A stretch of DNA of 61,143 bases, filler included, from Basidiobolus ranarum (Eukaryota): the NCBI GenBank assembly GCA_040143965.1. It is 17 parts of 17 records of this genome, joined end to end, with 100 filler letters (N's around TTAATTAATTAA, not from the genome) between each part and the next. Parts side by side here need not be neighbours in the genome. Positions count along the whole stretch, not along the records: positions 36,074 to 39,572 come from JASJQH010002450.1; positions 39,673 to 43,170 come from JASJQH010002451.1; positions 43,271 to 46,768 come from JASJQH010002452.1; positions 46,869 to 50,364 come from JASJQH010002453.1; positions 50,465 to 53,958 come from JASJQH010002454.1; 12 more parts are not named here. The stretch is one strand, 5' to 3'. Below the pieces are notes generated by a model. It was not told the DNA's origin and made no database searches. It saw only the letters and a list, made by a program, of their open reading frames with translations. How positions within the stretch are numbered: the stretch's first letter is position 1; each line of letters begins with the position of its first letter. Shown piece after piece: positions 36,074 to 50,975 of this stretch. A program made the translations under genes and the position numbers.

Positions 36074-39000
36074 TTCCACAACTAGATCATAGTTCCTTAC
36101 AAATATCTGAATATTTGTTATCTGCAACTTTAGGAACCAATTGTGGATTGTTGAGATATTATCCAATAAATAACACTTCCCACTGCAACAGAAATGTCTG
36201 GATGTGTTCCAACAATTGTCTAAATTAAACTACCCACCTTGAATTGAAGTAGGAACTCCTGGCTTGGATTTGAGTCATTTTGGGCAAATTGGGAGAAATT
36301 TTGAATAAATTCACATTGGGATCCCATGGTATTGATATACATCTGTGATTCTTCATGTTGAATGATTATAGGATGTCTAGGATGAACATAGACTGCTTCA
36401 GCATGATTATCGGTTTTATCTCTTATGATTTTGATTTTAAGAAAATAACTTTATTCATTCACATCAGTCTTCTGAGATTGGCTTGATAAGATGCTTTTCA
36501 TTTGATTAATTGCTTCAAGATCATTTATGGCTATGATTGAGCTATCAATGCATAGTGCCAAGATCAGAATCCTATTTCTGGTTGTTTTGTTGAAAATACT
36601 GTGTTCTGCAGTGCATTTTTGGAACTCCAGTGACTCCAAAGAGGTATCTATCCAGTTGTACCATACCCCAGGTGCTTGCTTAAGTCCATATAGCAACTTG
36701 TGCAGCTTACAGCCCATATCATGCTGTTTGAGATTAACCAATCCATCCGGTTGCTGTATATCGATCTCTTCTACTAAATTTCCTTTCAAAAAACATGTTT
36801 TTACATCCATATGATGTAACTTAAGATTATGGACAGCTGGGAGTGCCAAGATTCATCTAAAGAAGCTAAAATTAGCTACTGGGTCAAATGTCTCATTAAA
36901 ATTAACTTCTGGAGGCTTACATTAGCCCTGTGCAACTAATCGTGCACTTTTCCTTTCTATGGTTCAATGAACTTGGTTTCTGACTGTATAGACTCATTGG
37001 CAACCTATTGGCTTTTTTGCTGATGGTAAAGTACTTAAGACCACATTTAATTATTGTGAAATGAAGAAAACTGGTCAGGTTCTTTCCAATCATTTTGCTT
37101 CTGGACCCTCTAGAGCTTGATCCATAGCTTATGACTTGTCACAGAATGCTACATGTACATAAACATCACAATGGGAAATATTCCAACAGTTCTGTTGCTC
37201 AATTCTCCTTGAAGATGATCTTTTAGATTATAAGTTATCCTGTAATATTATTGGGGCAGGAAATTTGGTCAAACAGGGCTCAGATACAGCTGGAATTTTG
37301 TTAGGCACTTTCATAACTGTGCTGATTATGTTTTCTGCATCAAAAAGTGTAATTTGAGGTGAGAAATATGTTTTCTCATCTGAAATCAAATCGCTGCACT
37401 TAATTCACCTCTGATTTTTGGTATCAAACAGTCTGTAGGCCTTAGATTCATTGCAGTAACCAAGAAATAAGCATTCAATGGATTTGGGTTCCAATTTAGA
37501 GCATTTTTGAGCTGGATAAGGTAATATACTGTGCAATCAACAATCTTGAGAGGATCCACACTTGGTATTGATCCATATAAGGTTTCATATGGAGTAGAAT
37601 CTTGTAGCAATCTTGTTGGGCATCTGTTCCTGATATAAACTCCAGTGGAGAGATCCAGCCCAATATTAGTAATCTGACTGTTGAACATGCATTGTTGCTC
37701 ATGCCATATTGACTTTGGTCATATTTACTTGTCCTGTAACTCCATTTTGCTATGAAGTATTAGGTACAGTAGTGTGTTGCATAAACATATGTTCAGAAAA
37801 AGAACTAGCTAAGTCTTTGTAGCAGTATTTGGTAACATTATCACTGCTTAATACCCTTATTTTTTGTGTTAAATTGTTCTCTGTCACTCCTTTGAAGTGC
37901 TTGAATGTGGTTAAGGCTCCAGATTATGATTCAAGAAAGAATACCTAAGTATATCTTGTTTTGTCATCAATCAAGGTAATAAAGTCCTCTTGCCACCTAG
38001 TGTGACACATTTTAAGGGCCTACATAGGCCAGAATGAATCAGGGCAGAATTCTGAGTGGAGTTGATCTCTCCAGAGCATGAAAATGATGGTCAGGGATGT
38101 ATTCCATATATGCAACCCTAACACAGATCCAATTAAGTGATATTTTCACTTTCTAAGCCTGAAACAAGCTGATGTCAGATCATCTGGATGGGTGTCTGTC
38201 TCACAATCTGACCTAATCTTCTATGCCATGTTTGACAGCATGTTGACTAGTTTTGGCCAAGTCTGCACACTCAGAATGCAATTTGTTGTTTTCTAGCTTG
38301 TATAAGCTTGGAGTTTTGATCCCAATAGCTAATTTGGTATTAGTCTGCTCTGTCATAGAGCATGCAGCCATAGTTGGCCTGAAACATAGTCCTTGCAATG
38401 TTGCTTGGTTAACTGAGAACAGATTCTGGGCTATGTTTGATACATCATGTAAGTCAACCAATTTTGCAGATGGTGTTGCTGAATCTTGTTTCAAATTGGG
38501 TACAACTGTGCCCTTACCAGCTGTATTTAGTGCATAGTAATCACATAAGTAGACTTTTCATGTTTAGAAGGGGTTTAAGCTGTAAAACCACTCTTTCTTG
38601 TTTGACTTATGCTGGCAAGCTCCTGGATTGATGTAACACACATCCAAGTCATGTTTACTAGTTACTGATAGGGCATTTAAAAATAGATGATCCTTATCCT
38701 CCCTTACTTGATTTGTTTGTTCCAATTATAGCTTTTTGGCAAAAATGCTTTTTCTGCAATCTCTGCCTGACTTGCCTGATTTCTTGCAATACATACAGAT
38801 GATTTATTTGCTGTTGATGGCCAGATTATTGAACACTGTTGGATGCTTTACAGCTCCAAAAAATGCCTGATCTGCATTAATTTGCAGAGAATTAGATATC
38901 CCTAGTTCTTCATTCAAAAGCATAGCACCAACATATTCTATTGTTAATGGTTCTGATCTTGTTTTAAGGGCTATTATGAGGTTCCCAAACTTGTCTGGAA

Positions 39001-39360
39001 GGCTTGTAAATAGTGTCATGACCAAGTCATCTTAATTCAGAGGTGCTACAATGGATGAGAGAAGTTATGCCATAGTTTTTATCCAATTTATAAGATTAGC
39101 CACTAAAGCATTAGAATTCATCTGAATTGAGTATAACTTCATCTAAGATATAGCCAGTTAGCCACACTTCTAGTTTCATATAGTTCCTTTGGTGTTTTCA
39201 AAGCAGTTCAGACATTTTTGGCTGGGTGTATGTGCCTCAATCAAAAGTCTACAAGTTGTAGACTAAGTGTTGACAGTGCTTTCCACTGCTACTTATTCAA
39301 GGCAATGGTAGCTTCTGGTGGTACCCTTAGCTCTATTTCTTCTCCTGTAACATTGCTACC
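36074..39360 (-). mobile_element. Decayed near-full-length Copia internal region (gag-PR-INT-RT)
   Basis: LFTSLPDKF (gag), zinc-knuckle remnant, NIAQNLFSV, YIRNRCPT and HHMDVKTCFLKGNL…LYGLKQAP. Confidence 0.9.
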
Positions 39361-39672
39361 CCATTGCAGCACTGTGTTTTTCCCTTCATACTTTTTACAA
39401 TACTTCTCAAGCACTTTGATTTTGTTCACACATCCTTATAGTGTGCCACTACTGAGGGTGTTTGGTAGTGTTTGTGTGGCTTTTTGATTGCCTTTAAGCT
39501 TTGGGCTAACATCAACACTATGAAAAGTACCAGATGAGATTGAAGTGCCATGAGTTTTATTTGCTGCTGTTTNNNNNNNNNNNNNNNNNNNNNNNNNNNN
39601 NNNNNNNNNNNNNNNNTTAATTAATTAANNNNNNNNNNNNNNNNNNNNNNNNNNNNNNNNNNNNNNNNNNNN

Positions 39673-40172
39673 TCTGGCTGATTTGGCATATGTTGTGGAA
39701 GAATGCAGAAGGCTAGGATGTGTCACTGCTAACAAGAGGCCCAGAGGAGGGATACTCCCAGAGAGGCAAAAGCTTTATAATGACATTTTTTCCCATTTTA
39801 AAGCAAGAGTAGAACATAGCTTTGGTTTCCTAAAGAGATATAGTATTGTAGCCAGAAAGTATAGAGGAAAATCATTTTGTGGGCCTCAATCAAAGTTAGG
39901 CAAAGTAGTCAAAATCTTGATTAATTCTCAATCCATCTATACTCAAAGATATCCATTGAGAGCTCTAGACTTAAGACACTAAGAATAAAGCTTTCATCAT
40001 CTTTTGAATGTGCAAAAATGTCTAAAAGTGCTTTTCTTAAATATACCACATAAGTAAAATAAACTGTTTCCAAAATGGTAAATAACATCAGGCCGGATAG
40101 TGCCAATCATACCAATTTGTGCTGGCACACTTTTGAGCTGGCCTGATCTGGCTCAATAAAATGGAACAAGTC
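39673..40172 (+). mobile_element. PIF/Harbinger-type element 3' end (DDE_Tnp_4-like transposase C-terminus 39673-39982, terminus followed by TAA)
   Basis: LADLAY…YNDIFSHFKARVEHSFGFLK. Identity with the 50465 copy ends at …AAGTC, followed by TAA. Confidence 0.8.
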
Positions 40173-40985
40173 TAATTTTAACAATTGCAATCATTTGTTC
40201 AGTAAGGCAATAGACAAGTGAAATTATATCATTTTCTATTGCTTTTTGAACAAAATAATGCCTAATAACTATATGTTGTTTTCTAGTATGAAATGTTGGG
40301 TTTTTAGCTAATGAAATGCAACTTTGATTGTCTTCAAATACAATAACAGCATGTTTTTGCATGTAACCTAAGTCTGTAAATAACTTCCTTAACCACATGG
40401 CTACTTGTGTAGTAGCAGAGGCAGTTATATACTCTGCTTCTGTAGTGGAACGTGCTAAATTTAGTTATTTCTTACTATTCCAAGTTATGGCTCCATTACC
40501 ATAGAGAAAAGTGTACCCAGTTGTTAATCTTCTATTAGCAAGGTTTCTTTCCCAGTCTGCATCACTGTAGCCTTCAACATTTTGTGCATCAGGGGTGGCA
40601 GAGTAATCCAGAATTAGATCTACAGTCCCTCTCAAATACCTGAATATTTGTTTTACTGCAGTTTTGTGCTCAGATGCTGGATTTTTGAGATATTGGCTGA
40701 CAGTTCCCACTGCCACAGCAATGTTTGTACATGTTCTAACCATTTTATACATTAAACTACCCACCATGAGCTGTAAAGCAAACCCCTGGCTTTGATTTGA
40801 GTCATCTTGGACCAAATCTGATGAAACTATGATTAATTTCCCAATGGGATCTATTGGTGTTGATAAAGGCTTGTTATTTTCCATGTTGAAGTGTGTTAGG
40901 ATGTCTAGGATGTATCTAGATTGCTTCAGCATGATCTTCTGATTGGGTTCATCTTCCTTGATTTGAATTCCAAGGTAATAACTTC
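40173..40985 (-). mobile_element. Copia RT/RNase H fragment (target of the Harbinger insertion)
   Basis: VGSLMY, GYSDADW, ITWNSKK and FEDNQSCI. Confidence 0.9.
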
Positions 40986-41066
40986 CAAAGGTGAATTATT
41001 CATTATTATACTTCTCTGATGATACTAAATTGTTGATAATAGTACTTAAAAATATTCCTCATAATC

Positions 41067-41401
41067 TGATAAAAGTTTGCGTGGGAATCGCAAGTATTTT
41101 GGACAAGATTTGGATTTATAAATTAGACATATCTACAATTTATTGAATTGAATATATGCTATTTGTAACTTGCATTAAAACAGGACTATTGGCTGAGTTT
41201 AGATCACAACAATTTGCCTTAAGCTCATGGGTAAAATTTGAGGCAATCAGGGGAAGTTTTCAGAAAATAGTGAAAATTGATAGAAATGATCAATTTGACC
41301 AATGAATGAATGTTTTTGAGCCTCACAATTCAGTACTAAGTAGAAAAAATGCAATTTAACTAACTAGTACCCAATGAGTTGGTATTTATCTAACTTCACC
41401 A
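41067..41401 (-). repeat. Diverged Copia family-A-like LTR
   Basis: TGATAAAAGT…GGACAAGATTTGGATTT…CTAACTTCACCA resembles 58239-58590. Confidence 0.65.
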
Positions 41402-41859
41402 CCAATTGTAATGATGCTTGGCATATCTTGAGTGTAATCTTCCCTCCTTTCACATACCATCTCCAGCCTCTAAGTATCTCCTTTTCCTCAAGCACAAATT
41501 TGAGAATCAATGTAGCAAGAAAACCTTCACAAATTAAATCCCATTTTGTTGTGTCATCCAGGTAGTGTCAGCAAATGGTCAAGCTAGAATGACATTATAT
41601 CAATTGTTTTACCTTGAGAATTGAGATTGTTGGATCTCACTAGGTAGCTGCTGATCATTGGCTAAAATATTTGACTTTACAGGAGCAAGCAATGATAGAA
41701 AATGTGACCCAAATTTTACTCATTTATTGACTTTTGGTTGATGTTGTTGCTATGAAATCTCCAATTTCTGAAGCTTACTACTAGCATCCACACTGCAAAA
41801 AGTCCCAGATGAAGTTTAAAGGCTGTGGAGCTTGGTTGCTGGTGTATTAAGTTACTAAG

Positions 41860-42957
41860 TCTATCATAAATATTCTTGATGGATTGCATTACCAGAATCT
41901 GAAAAGTCAAGGTTACTTTGAGAACACATATGATCATGCATTTGCATTGGCATTGGATGGTTTCTTGCCATACAAAATAACATTCAAAAGGCTTTCTGGC
42001 CAATAAGTTTAATCAATTTAATTCTTCCTCCTTCTGAATGGTATGAGAGTCACAATGTTTTGATACTATCCATCATATGTGGACCTAAATCACCAGTGCT
42101 TATAGATAGCTTCTTGGAGCCTTTGCTTGTGGAATTTGAATGGTAATCTAATGGGGTTCCAATGGGTAAATATTTTATTAAAGCTAAAATCATTGTATGT
42201 ATTGGTGACACTCCTGCCATCAGAAAACATGGAGGTTTTTGTTGGCACAACACACTATCTTGCTGTAGATTTTGTCAAATCAATGGAGTTAACTCCATCA
42301 GGCATAGGCATTACGACTATCCAAATACAACACTAGACTCCATGATTTTACCTTCAAGAGCATGGCCAAATTTTGACATGATCACTGGTATCAATTGACC
42401 AAATAGTCAGTCTATTATCAAACTTGATATTAGCCGTAAGCCTAAGATTATATTGCTAAAGGAGATCAGCTGGAGCCAGAGCTTCCCATTAGGCACTATG
42501 CACTTACTATTTAACAACATTCCAATACTACTTACTCGGCTATATAGTGGAAAATTCAATATGAATGAGCCATGTGAGATAGGATCAAATTTTGAATCAA
42601 TTGGGAAAATGCTTGAAAACATCAAGGTACCATCATATTTTACCAGGACTCCCATCAATACCGACTCAACTAGACGTTTATTCAAATGCAAAGACTGCAA
42701 GTATTGGATCCATATATATTTAAGTGTAATTTTGAAATGATATCTGCCTGATAAGTACTGTCAACATTGGGAGTTGTTGGTTGATATTGTTAATATATTC
42801 TTATGGCATCAACATATTCTTATAGCATCAACTCACATTGGCAAATCTCTGGCAGATACAGCAACTGTGCAAACAATTTGTAATTGGATATGACAAACTT
42901 TATTACAGGTTTAAAGAAGATAGACTGATTCTATGCCAGTATTCAATACATTCCCTG
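41860..42957 (+). mobile_element. CACTA/En-Spm transposon, copy 4
   Basis: CIGDTPAIRKHGGFCWH..CRFC and FPLGTMHLLFNNIP. Confidence 0.82.
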
Positions 42958-43270
42958 CTGTTGTGTCCAAGAGAAAAGTGGATAAAAAGTCTTGAACTTT
43001 ACTGAACCAAAGAAACAGTTAAGTGCAGAATCTTAGAACTGTTTAAGCAGGATATATCCGCAGAGCAGATCTAACTAATATATGTCTTGGGAATAGCAGT
43101 GGGTTGCTATGTTATGGTAGAGAGTAGGTTTGCTAGGCAGCTAGGCTTGGTGTTCTGTAGGTGCTAGTGGNNNNNNNNNNNNNNNNNNNNNNNNNNNNNN
43201 NNNNNNNNNNNNNNTTAATTAATTAANNNNNNNNNNNNNNNNNNNNNNNNNNNNNNNNNNNNNNNNNNNN

Positions 43271-43499
43271 AGTACCTTCCTTTCTGCTTACCACCTTTGC
43301 CCCTTAACACTATATTTACATCCTCTGAGCTTGATTACATTGGTCATCAGGTTAAGTATGGATATGATCCAGTATTGTCACAATATCTTAAAATATTGAT
43401 TTCTTGATTGTCACTTGGTTTAGATTAGTATTTGAGCTAAATAAAGTCTACACCATCTGGTGCTTTTCATCCCCCCTAACCCTAACCCTAACTGTATAG
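43271..43499 (-). repeat. Second copy of the TTAGGG-tipped dispersed repeat
   Basis: Ends CCCCCCTAACCCTAACCCTAACTGTATAG and is the reverse complement of 10472-~10700. Confidence 0.85.
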
Positions 43500-43531
43500 C
43501 TATTTACACACTCCATTTATTAATTACTTAT

Positions 43532-43908
43532 TATTGGAGTTTATTGTCTTTATCATATTTGTTATCTCTGTCTTTATACACCTGACTATTTCATATATCA
43601 TATTTAAGTTAGTTAACATTACCAAGTCAAATAGCACTTAACTGCAAAACAGAGCATATATTATATATATATGTGAATAATGTGAGAATTAGCAATTCCA
43701 CATTTGATATTTTAAACTCATCCAAATTTCCCCAAAAATAGCGCAGTTTACTCCCACAGATGTTCTGAACACAACCCAATGTTAGTTTTCTGTATTTCTA
43801 CCAAAATGTGGAAATGCTTGATATCTGGACAATAAACAATTATCTAAGAAAAGCTATTCACAACACAACTTTTCTACAGTCCTCCAAACAGCCCATATTT
43901 ACCCACTA
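43532..43908. repeat. Solo LTR family B with TSD CTTAT
   Basis: CTTAT at 43527-43531 and 43909-43913. Confidence 0.88.
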
Positions 43909-46456
43909 CTTATATCTTATGTAACTGGAAAATCTATGATACTTCATTTCTACCAACATCTATCATCCATCATGAATTACTACTCAAATTTTTTCTTTCA
44001 TTAATCTTGTTACTCAGCAGGATTATTTATTCATTAACATCTTCTATGATTCAGCATATACTAAACTTCTTTACCAAACCTTCTTATTGACAATGGAAAT
44101 ATATCATTGATTTGGCAATTGATTTTATCAATGGCATTGCTCAATGCCTATTCTAGATAACATGATGATTACTTGCTTAGCCAATGATAGAATCAGTGAT
44201 AAATGTTCTTCAAGGCAAGCCACTATTATTCTCTGATAAATATAAGTAACCTCAATATCTTCCAATTATGTTGAAAATCAATAGATTCAACAAAAATATC
44301 TTTCTTATTTCTTTGATTTACTGCCTTTGATATGTCAACTCTATCTGACAATAACAACTCTACCCCTGGCCCTGGCTCTGGTGAGCATCTTCTTAGAGGT
44401 TGGTACTGGTTAGTGGAACCTGCTAAGACTGTACTTGCCACCTATCAGCAAGGAAACTCAAAAGCTTTAAGCCCAAAGTGTCTCAATGATCATGGATTTT
44501 TCAAGGACTCAAATGGAACTGGAAAATCTACCTATGGTTGCTTTAAATGTAAGAAATGCTTCACTGAGCACAAAGCTTCTCTGTTTTGGACTTTGTCCCT
44601 GTCATTACCTGAAAACATACTCCCTGCCAATAAATCCACATGTCACCAAGAAAAATCTGCAACACTGCCTGAGGAAGCTGATGATATCATGCTGAGTGCT
44701 ACTGAGAATAAACAGCTTCTCATTTGTTCCACAGATGAAAGTCTTTCCACAATATCATGCTTCAAGCAGCAATAATGACCATTATCACCTGTTTGCTTGG
44801 GCTTGATGGACTACAGTCATTAACATGCTCATTACTAGTTCTGTATCCACAAATATAGGTGTCATAAAGATAGGTGTGAGGCATAACAAACTTAAATAGC
44901 ACCCCTAGTATGATTTTAGTACATAGCAATGTGAATTACCAAATGCACACAAATGCTTCATGATACAAAATTGTTTATCCTTAGCTGAATAACACTCAAC
45001 CAGCAATTGAAAGTTACTCTATGTAATGGGTTGGCATCACCAAGTCTTTACTCAAATGTGATTGTACCTGTATGTAGAGCAAGTATTTGTACTTTACACC
45101 ATTCCTCCAGCTGGGAGGCAGGAAGATTGGCTAAACAGAAGGCTAAAAGGATATGACTAAATCACATAAGTACCAAAGGATGGGTTAAGATATCCTTAGC
45201 TTAAATACACCACCCATGCATCCTTAAACAAACTTCCAAGAGCACAAACCACACATGCACAACAAGAATGTTGATGATGCTGCTAGGACCATTCTGCAAT
45301 TCAGCTTCCTCTGCCTAATCTTTCTTGTATTCTTGGATCTTCAATTGGGTACTATAATAAACCTGGCAAGAGCAGCATTCTCTCAGAGTAATTGTTTGTA
45401 TCACCTCTTCAGTCAATATGTGGCCTAAGTTTCAACACAGTCTTTGTTAAAGTAAGTTACTCTATCAACCATTTCTTCACACCATGACTGTATTGTAGTG
45501 GCTGCAAATCTAGCACATTTGCATAAACATTCATAAAGATAAAGCATAGCAAGGAATTGAACCTTACTTTAAGAACCATCTTATGCTGGTATAGAATTGC
45601 TACCATATCTAGTAGCTTGGCTATTTTATTACACAAAATAGCCAAGAATGGCAAGCATAACTTTTATCCCTGGTTGATCAAGCCAGTGACAGTATGCTGT
45701 ATTGCCATATCCACATCAATAATACATGCATCTTCCAGGATAATATGCTAAAGGGTTGCAATTCCATTGTAATATGAGTGTCAACTTTGTTACTATACCA
45801 TCTAGACAAAGGATTATGACCAATTATTTCACAACTGATAAATCTATGGTATGCTAAACCATCAAAGGATCAATCTTTGTAAAAATATGGGTCCATATTG
45901 GTTGGCCAGACCAGAATATATAGTATAAATATCCCACAGTATCACCATTGTGACTTACACTGTATAAATAAAAGCTCTGATATATAAAAATATCAATGCT
46001 CCCAAAGATACCTTGGTTTTCCCATAAATGTCTCAGTACTCTCAAATATGTCACTATGGTACTACATCCTTGTACTCAAATATGCCTAGTGTCCTCAGTG
46101 AAGGTCAGGGTCTTTTTTTACTGAGTTATACTATGCATATTTTCCCATGAATACATACTAATGGTTGGCCACACTACCATACAACTTGTATCCAAATGAC
46201 CATCTCTTGTTCTTTCAACATTGAATCCAGTAGCTTTTTTAACCATGCCACTTTCAAATGTCACAGGTTACTTTGAAATTGATTTCTTTGGTAGATTTTG
46301 TCAATGCATATATGTAAATTGGATTTTAATCTCTTTATTGGAAACAAAGAAAACTAAATATAGTCACACATATAAATCCAGTTTGAACTTGATAACTTTG
46401 TAATATATTTAGTTAATCAATGTCTTAACACAATCAATAACAAACAAGATCAATAC

Positions 46457-46603
46457 CAGGATTGAACAAAGTATCTCCAATGCAATCACTAACCAAATGC
46501 AGGATTGAACAAAGTATCTCCAATCCAATCACTAACCAAATGCAGGATTGAACAAAGTATCTCCAATCCAATCACTAACCAAATGCAGGATTGAACAAAG
46601 TAT
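46457..46603 (+). repeat. 43-bp minisatellite, ~3.4 copies
   Basis: The unit CAGGATTGAACAAAGTATCTCCAATCCAATCACTAACCAAATG starts at 46457, 46500, 46543 and 46586 (partial). Confidence 0.92.
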
Positions 46604-46868
46604 TGCTAATCAAACAGCAAACCACTCATTGCTGTTGAAAGTCTGGTGACTTGTAGTACAAGCAGTAATTCCCAAAGAAGAAAATATGGAGTATGGTGAC
46701 TGCATCTGAACACAAGGTCTAAGTCCAATCAGTTGCTTGTAAAGCTGAAATGCCAAAGTACCATACAANNNNNNNNNNNNNNNNNNNNNNNNNNNNNNNN
46801 NNNNNNNNNNNNTTAATTAATTAANNNNNNNNNNNNNNNNNNNNNNNNNNNNNNNNNNNNNNNNNNNN

Positions 46869-47641
<773 letters not shown>

Positions 47642-50464
47642 ATGTACAAAAGAATTGATTTGAATCCCCAAACTTTAGAAATAAATTGAATATATTTTCC
47701 TAAAAGAAATCGAGTTAATTTTGATTATAGCCTAATGCCGGGTAAATTAGAATAGATACAACCTAAATTGCTTCAACCTTGAATGGGATAATTCCAGGGT
47801 TTATTTGAGCAATTTGCGGCCTCTTTGTTTAGGTTTTGCCATGTATAACAGCCACAGTTGCTCATAGTTATGTAGTCCCTGGCCAAAAATGATATTACCA
47901 ATATAGTTGAAATTCTGATCAAGGCCAAAGCAATCTTGATTTGGATGTGAGAAGTCAGACATAATTCATTTTAATTGGCTGTACTCAAGAGACCTATATA
48001 GGCCATCTGCATTAGAATTTTTATATATTGATGTCATTGCTCTATAAATAGAGAAATGGTAATTTATAGGGTTTGTTTGGATTATTGTAGCACTTGACCT
48101 GGCACATATCATATTTAGTTGCTTCAACTGATTTTATTGGTATAAGCTACCCAAAAAAAATGCTACTGTCACCAAGAATTGAACAGGGCAATAGACCGCA
48201 ATCATAGAATCCTCGTCGGTTCACGCGCATTTAAGCCATCAACATACTCTTGCTGACAGTTTTTGATTTTGTCATGTTCTAGCGCCTTTTGATCACTTCG
48301 AGAAAATTTACTATATTGCGATTTGGCTTTTTGGTAGAATATATGAGGGAATGCGGTGGAATACAGTGAATTGGGAATAAGCGAGAAGAGTGCCGGTTTT
48401 ATATGCAACTTTGATTTGAAAAAGATTACGAAGTAAATCTACCAAAATAAGTGCAATTGGGTTAGGGTTAGTCTGGCATCCTGAGAACCTCTTGGGCTGA
48501 GCTCAATTTATAATTATCTACCGCGCTGTTACTAGTCCAGAGAGCTAAGCCAGTAAACAGCAGGAAGTGTGAGCTATAAACGATAGTAGTGCTATGTCAT
48601 CCCATCACCTAACATTTATTTGCTTTATGTTCTAACTAATGTGAATATCCGATAAAAGTTCTTTCTTGATATTTTTCTACTATCAGAGTGTTACCACCAA
48701 CTGTAAGTAATGTTCAACATCGGTTGGATTACATATCAAATATAAAACCTATCTTGACAATATCAAGAATTATTTATTTTTGACGATAGGGGTAGTAAAG
48801 TCGTAGAAACACTCAAGCAGACAAGCCCTTGATAATATCATGAACTGTGGTAGTTTGAACATTTGTATATCTCACAATATCATTGATTTTCTGATATGCA
48901 TATCCACTGCCAAGAAATCTCTTCAACTTTTCAATAAGCGCTAGATATGGGTGTTACCATTACCAAGAATACCACCAACTATGAAACGCCACACCTTATT
49001 ACCGAATTGCCTGGCTGATGAGAGCCAAGAGTAAACTCTTCCAGGGTTTTAACGCATTCCTTGAATCGTTCCTATATACCTGCGGGAACACTCTTGAAAG
49101 TATCAGGATGATTGTCTCCACAAGGTCTAGCCTTTTTACAGCCCCAAATATCGTGGCTAGCAGTAAGTACGAATTGGTTGCGTTCAGTAGGAATCGCGAG
49201 AGTTGGCATAAGTAGAGAAATGGGGTCGGTACCAATCAAGATGACCTTTTGACAGAAAAGTATTGCGATTTTAAGTGTTCAGATGTTACTTGTAATATGG
49301 AAATGAAAATATACAAATTGTGTCTTTTGTATGTTATCGAGACATAATAACTCTCTCCGCTAAAATAATAATGTTTGAAATATTGCAACCAATATCCTAA
49401 TTCTGGGCCCACAAATGGTCATTTTTGCGGGCTTTATTTTCCACCGTACTTGGTTCTTAGGACTAATGCTTTCCCTAGTTGGTTTATGCAAATGATGTTC
49501 TTCTACTTACGATCTCTGGCACAGCAAAAGTCGAGTTATAGCAGTACAAAATCAGCGGCCAGATTAGTTATTAATAGGATTTCTCTTCGATGCTTGTACC
49601 AACAGTGCTATCATGGCCTTATCTTCAACAATTAAGAATTCCTTAGACGTGTACAACACTCGAATTGATCATCGATGTAGAATTGTAACTCACTTTAGGT
49701 GGACTACTTTTGCTATTCCTTGAGTCTTCTGGCTCATTGATCTTTAGTGATGCCAATTAGTTTCAAAACATCGTTAATTAGGTCAGTGGTATTCCTTGCT
49801 TACTGAAATCAAATGTTTCTAAGTTGATTTTTGACTCACTATTCTGTTGGACATAAATAAATAATGTGATTAAACGGTGATTCGATTGGTCAGGTAATTA
49901 GTAATTTACAGCATATCTAAGCACTTGGTGCCACATTTGACGAGTACTTCGCTACTTTACTCATACATCAGAATTGATATGTTGGGATTTTGCTTATTCT
50001 CACTAGTAATACTTGTTTAGCTCGTAGTATTATTAAGTATATAGAATTGCTAAGAAGAGACCATGCTATTTGTTTTTGAACGGTGTCTACTGCTTTAAGC
50101 AAGATTTCCTCATAATTCTTGACTAAGAACACTGCTTACCTTTTATACCTTTCACTAGGGCTAACTTCGATACTTCATATACCAAATATTAACAACCTGG
50201 AGATATTTTATTCTGTGAAGAAGGTCAAGATCCATTACGTAGTATAGCCTTCTATCGATAAAATATAATATTCATTCCATTATACTCCTTGTTTGTGTCA
50301 AGAATACTGAAAATTCCTGCTGACACTGTGTCTAGAAGCCATTACCAAAGGGATAGAATTCTGCNNNNNNNNNNNNNNNNNNNNNNNNNNNNNNNNNNNN
50401 NNNNNNNNTTAATTAATTAANNNNNNNNNNNNNNNNNNNNNNNNNNNNNNNNNNNNNNNNNNNN

Positions 50465-50975
50465 ATGAGAAGACTATGGCTGATTTGGCATATGTTGGGG
50501 AAGAATGCAGAAGGCTAGGATGTGTCACTGCTAACAAGAGGCCCAGAGGAGGGATACTCACAGAGAGGCAAAAGCTTTATAATGACATTTTTTCCCATTT
50601 TAGAGCAAGAGTAGAACATAGCTTTGGTTTCCTAAAGAGATATAGCATTGTAGCAGGAAAGTATAGAGGAAAATCATTTTGTGGGCCTCAATCAAAGTTA
50701 GGCAAAGTAGTCAAAATCTTGATTAATTCTCAATACATCCATACTCAAAGATATCCATTGAGAGCTCTAGACTTAAGACACTATGAATAAAGCTTTCATT
50801 ATCTTTTGAATGTGCAATAATGTCTAAAAGTACTTTTCTTAAACATACCACATAAGTAAAATAAACTGTTTCCAAAATGATAAATAACATTATGCCGGAT
50901 AGTGCCCTATCATGCCAACTTGTGCCGGCACACTTTTTAGCTGGCCTGATCTGGCTCAATAAAATGGAGCAAGTC
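50465..50975 (+). mobile_element. PIF/Harbinger-type element 3' end, copy 2 (transposase C-terminus to 50790; terminus followed by TTA)
   Basis: Near-identical to 39673-40172, ending …GGAGCAAGTC|TTA. Confidence 0.8.

Noticed and set aside
46457-46603. Possible CRISPR-like array
   Set aside because: The units are head-to-tail and near-identical with no unique spacers, there are no cas genes, and the context is eukaryotic.
48900-49700. Possible LINE reverse-transcriptase remnant (LVYANDVLL, QDDLL)
   Set aside because: Only two weak motif echoes in heavily decayed sequence, which is insufficient to call.
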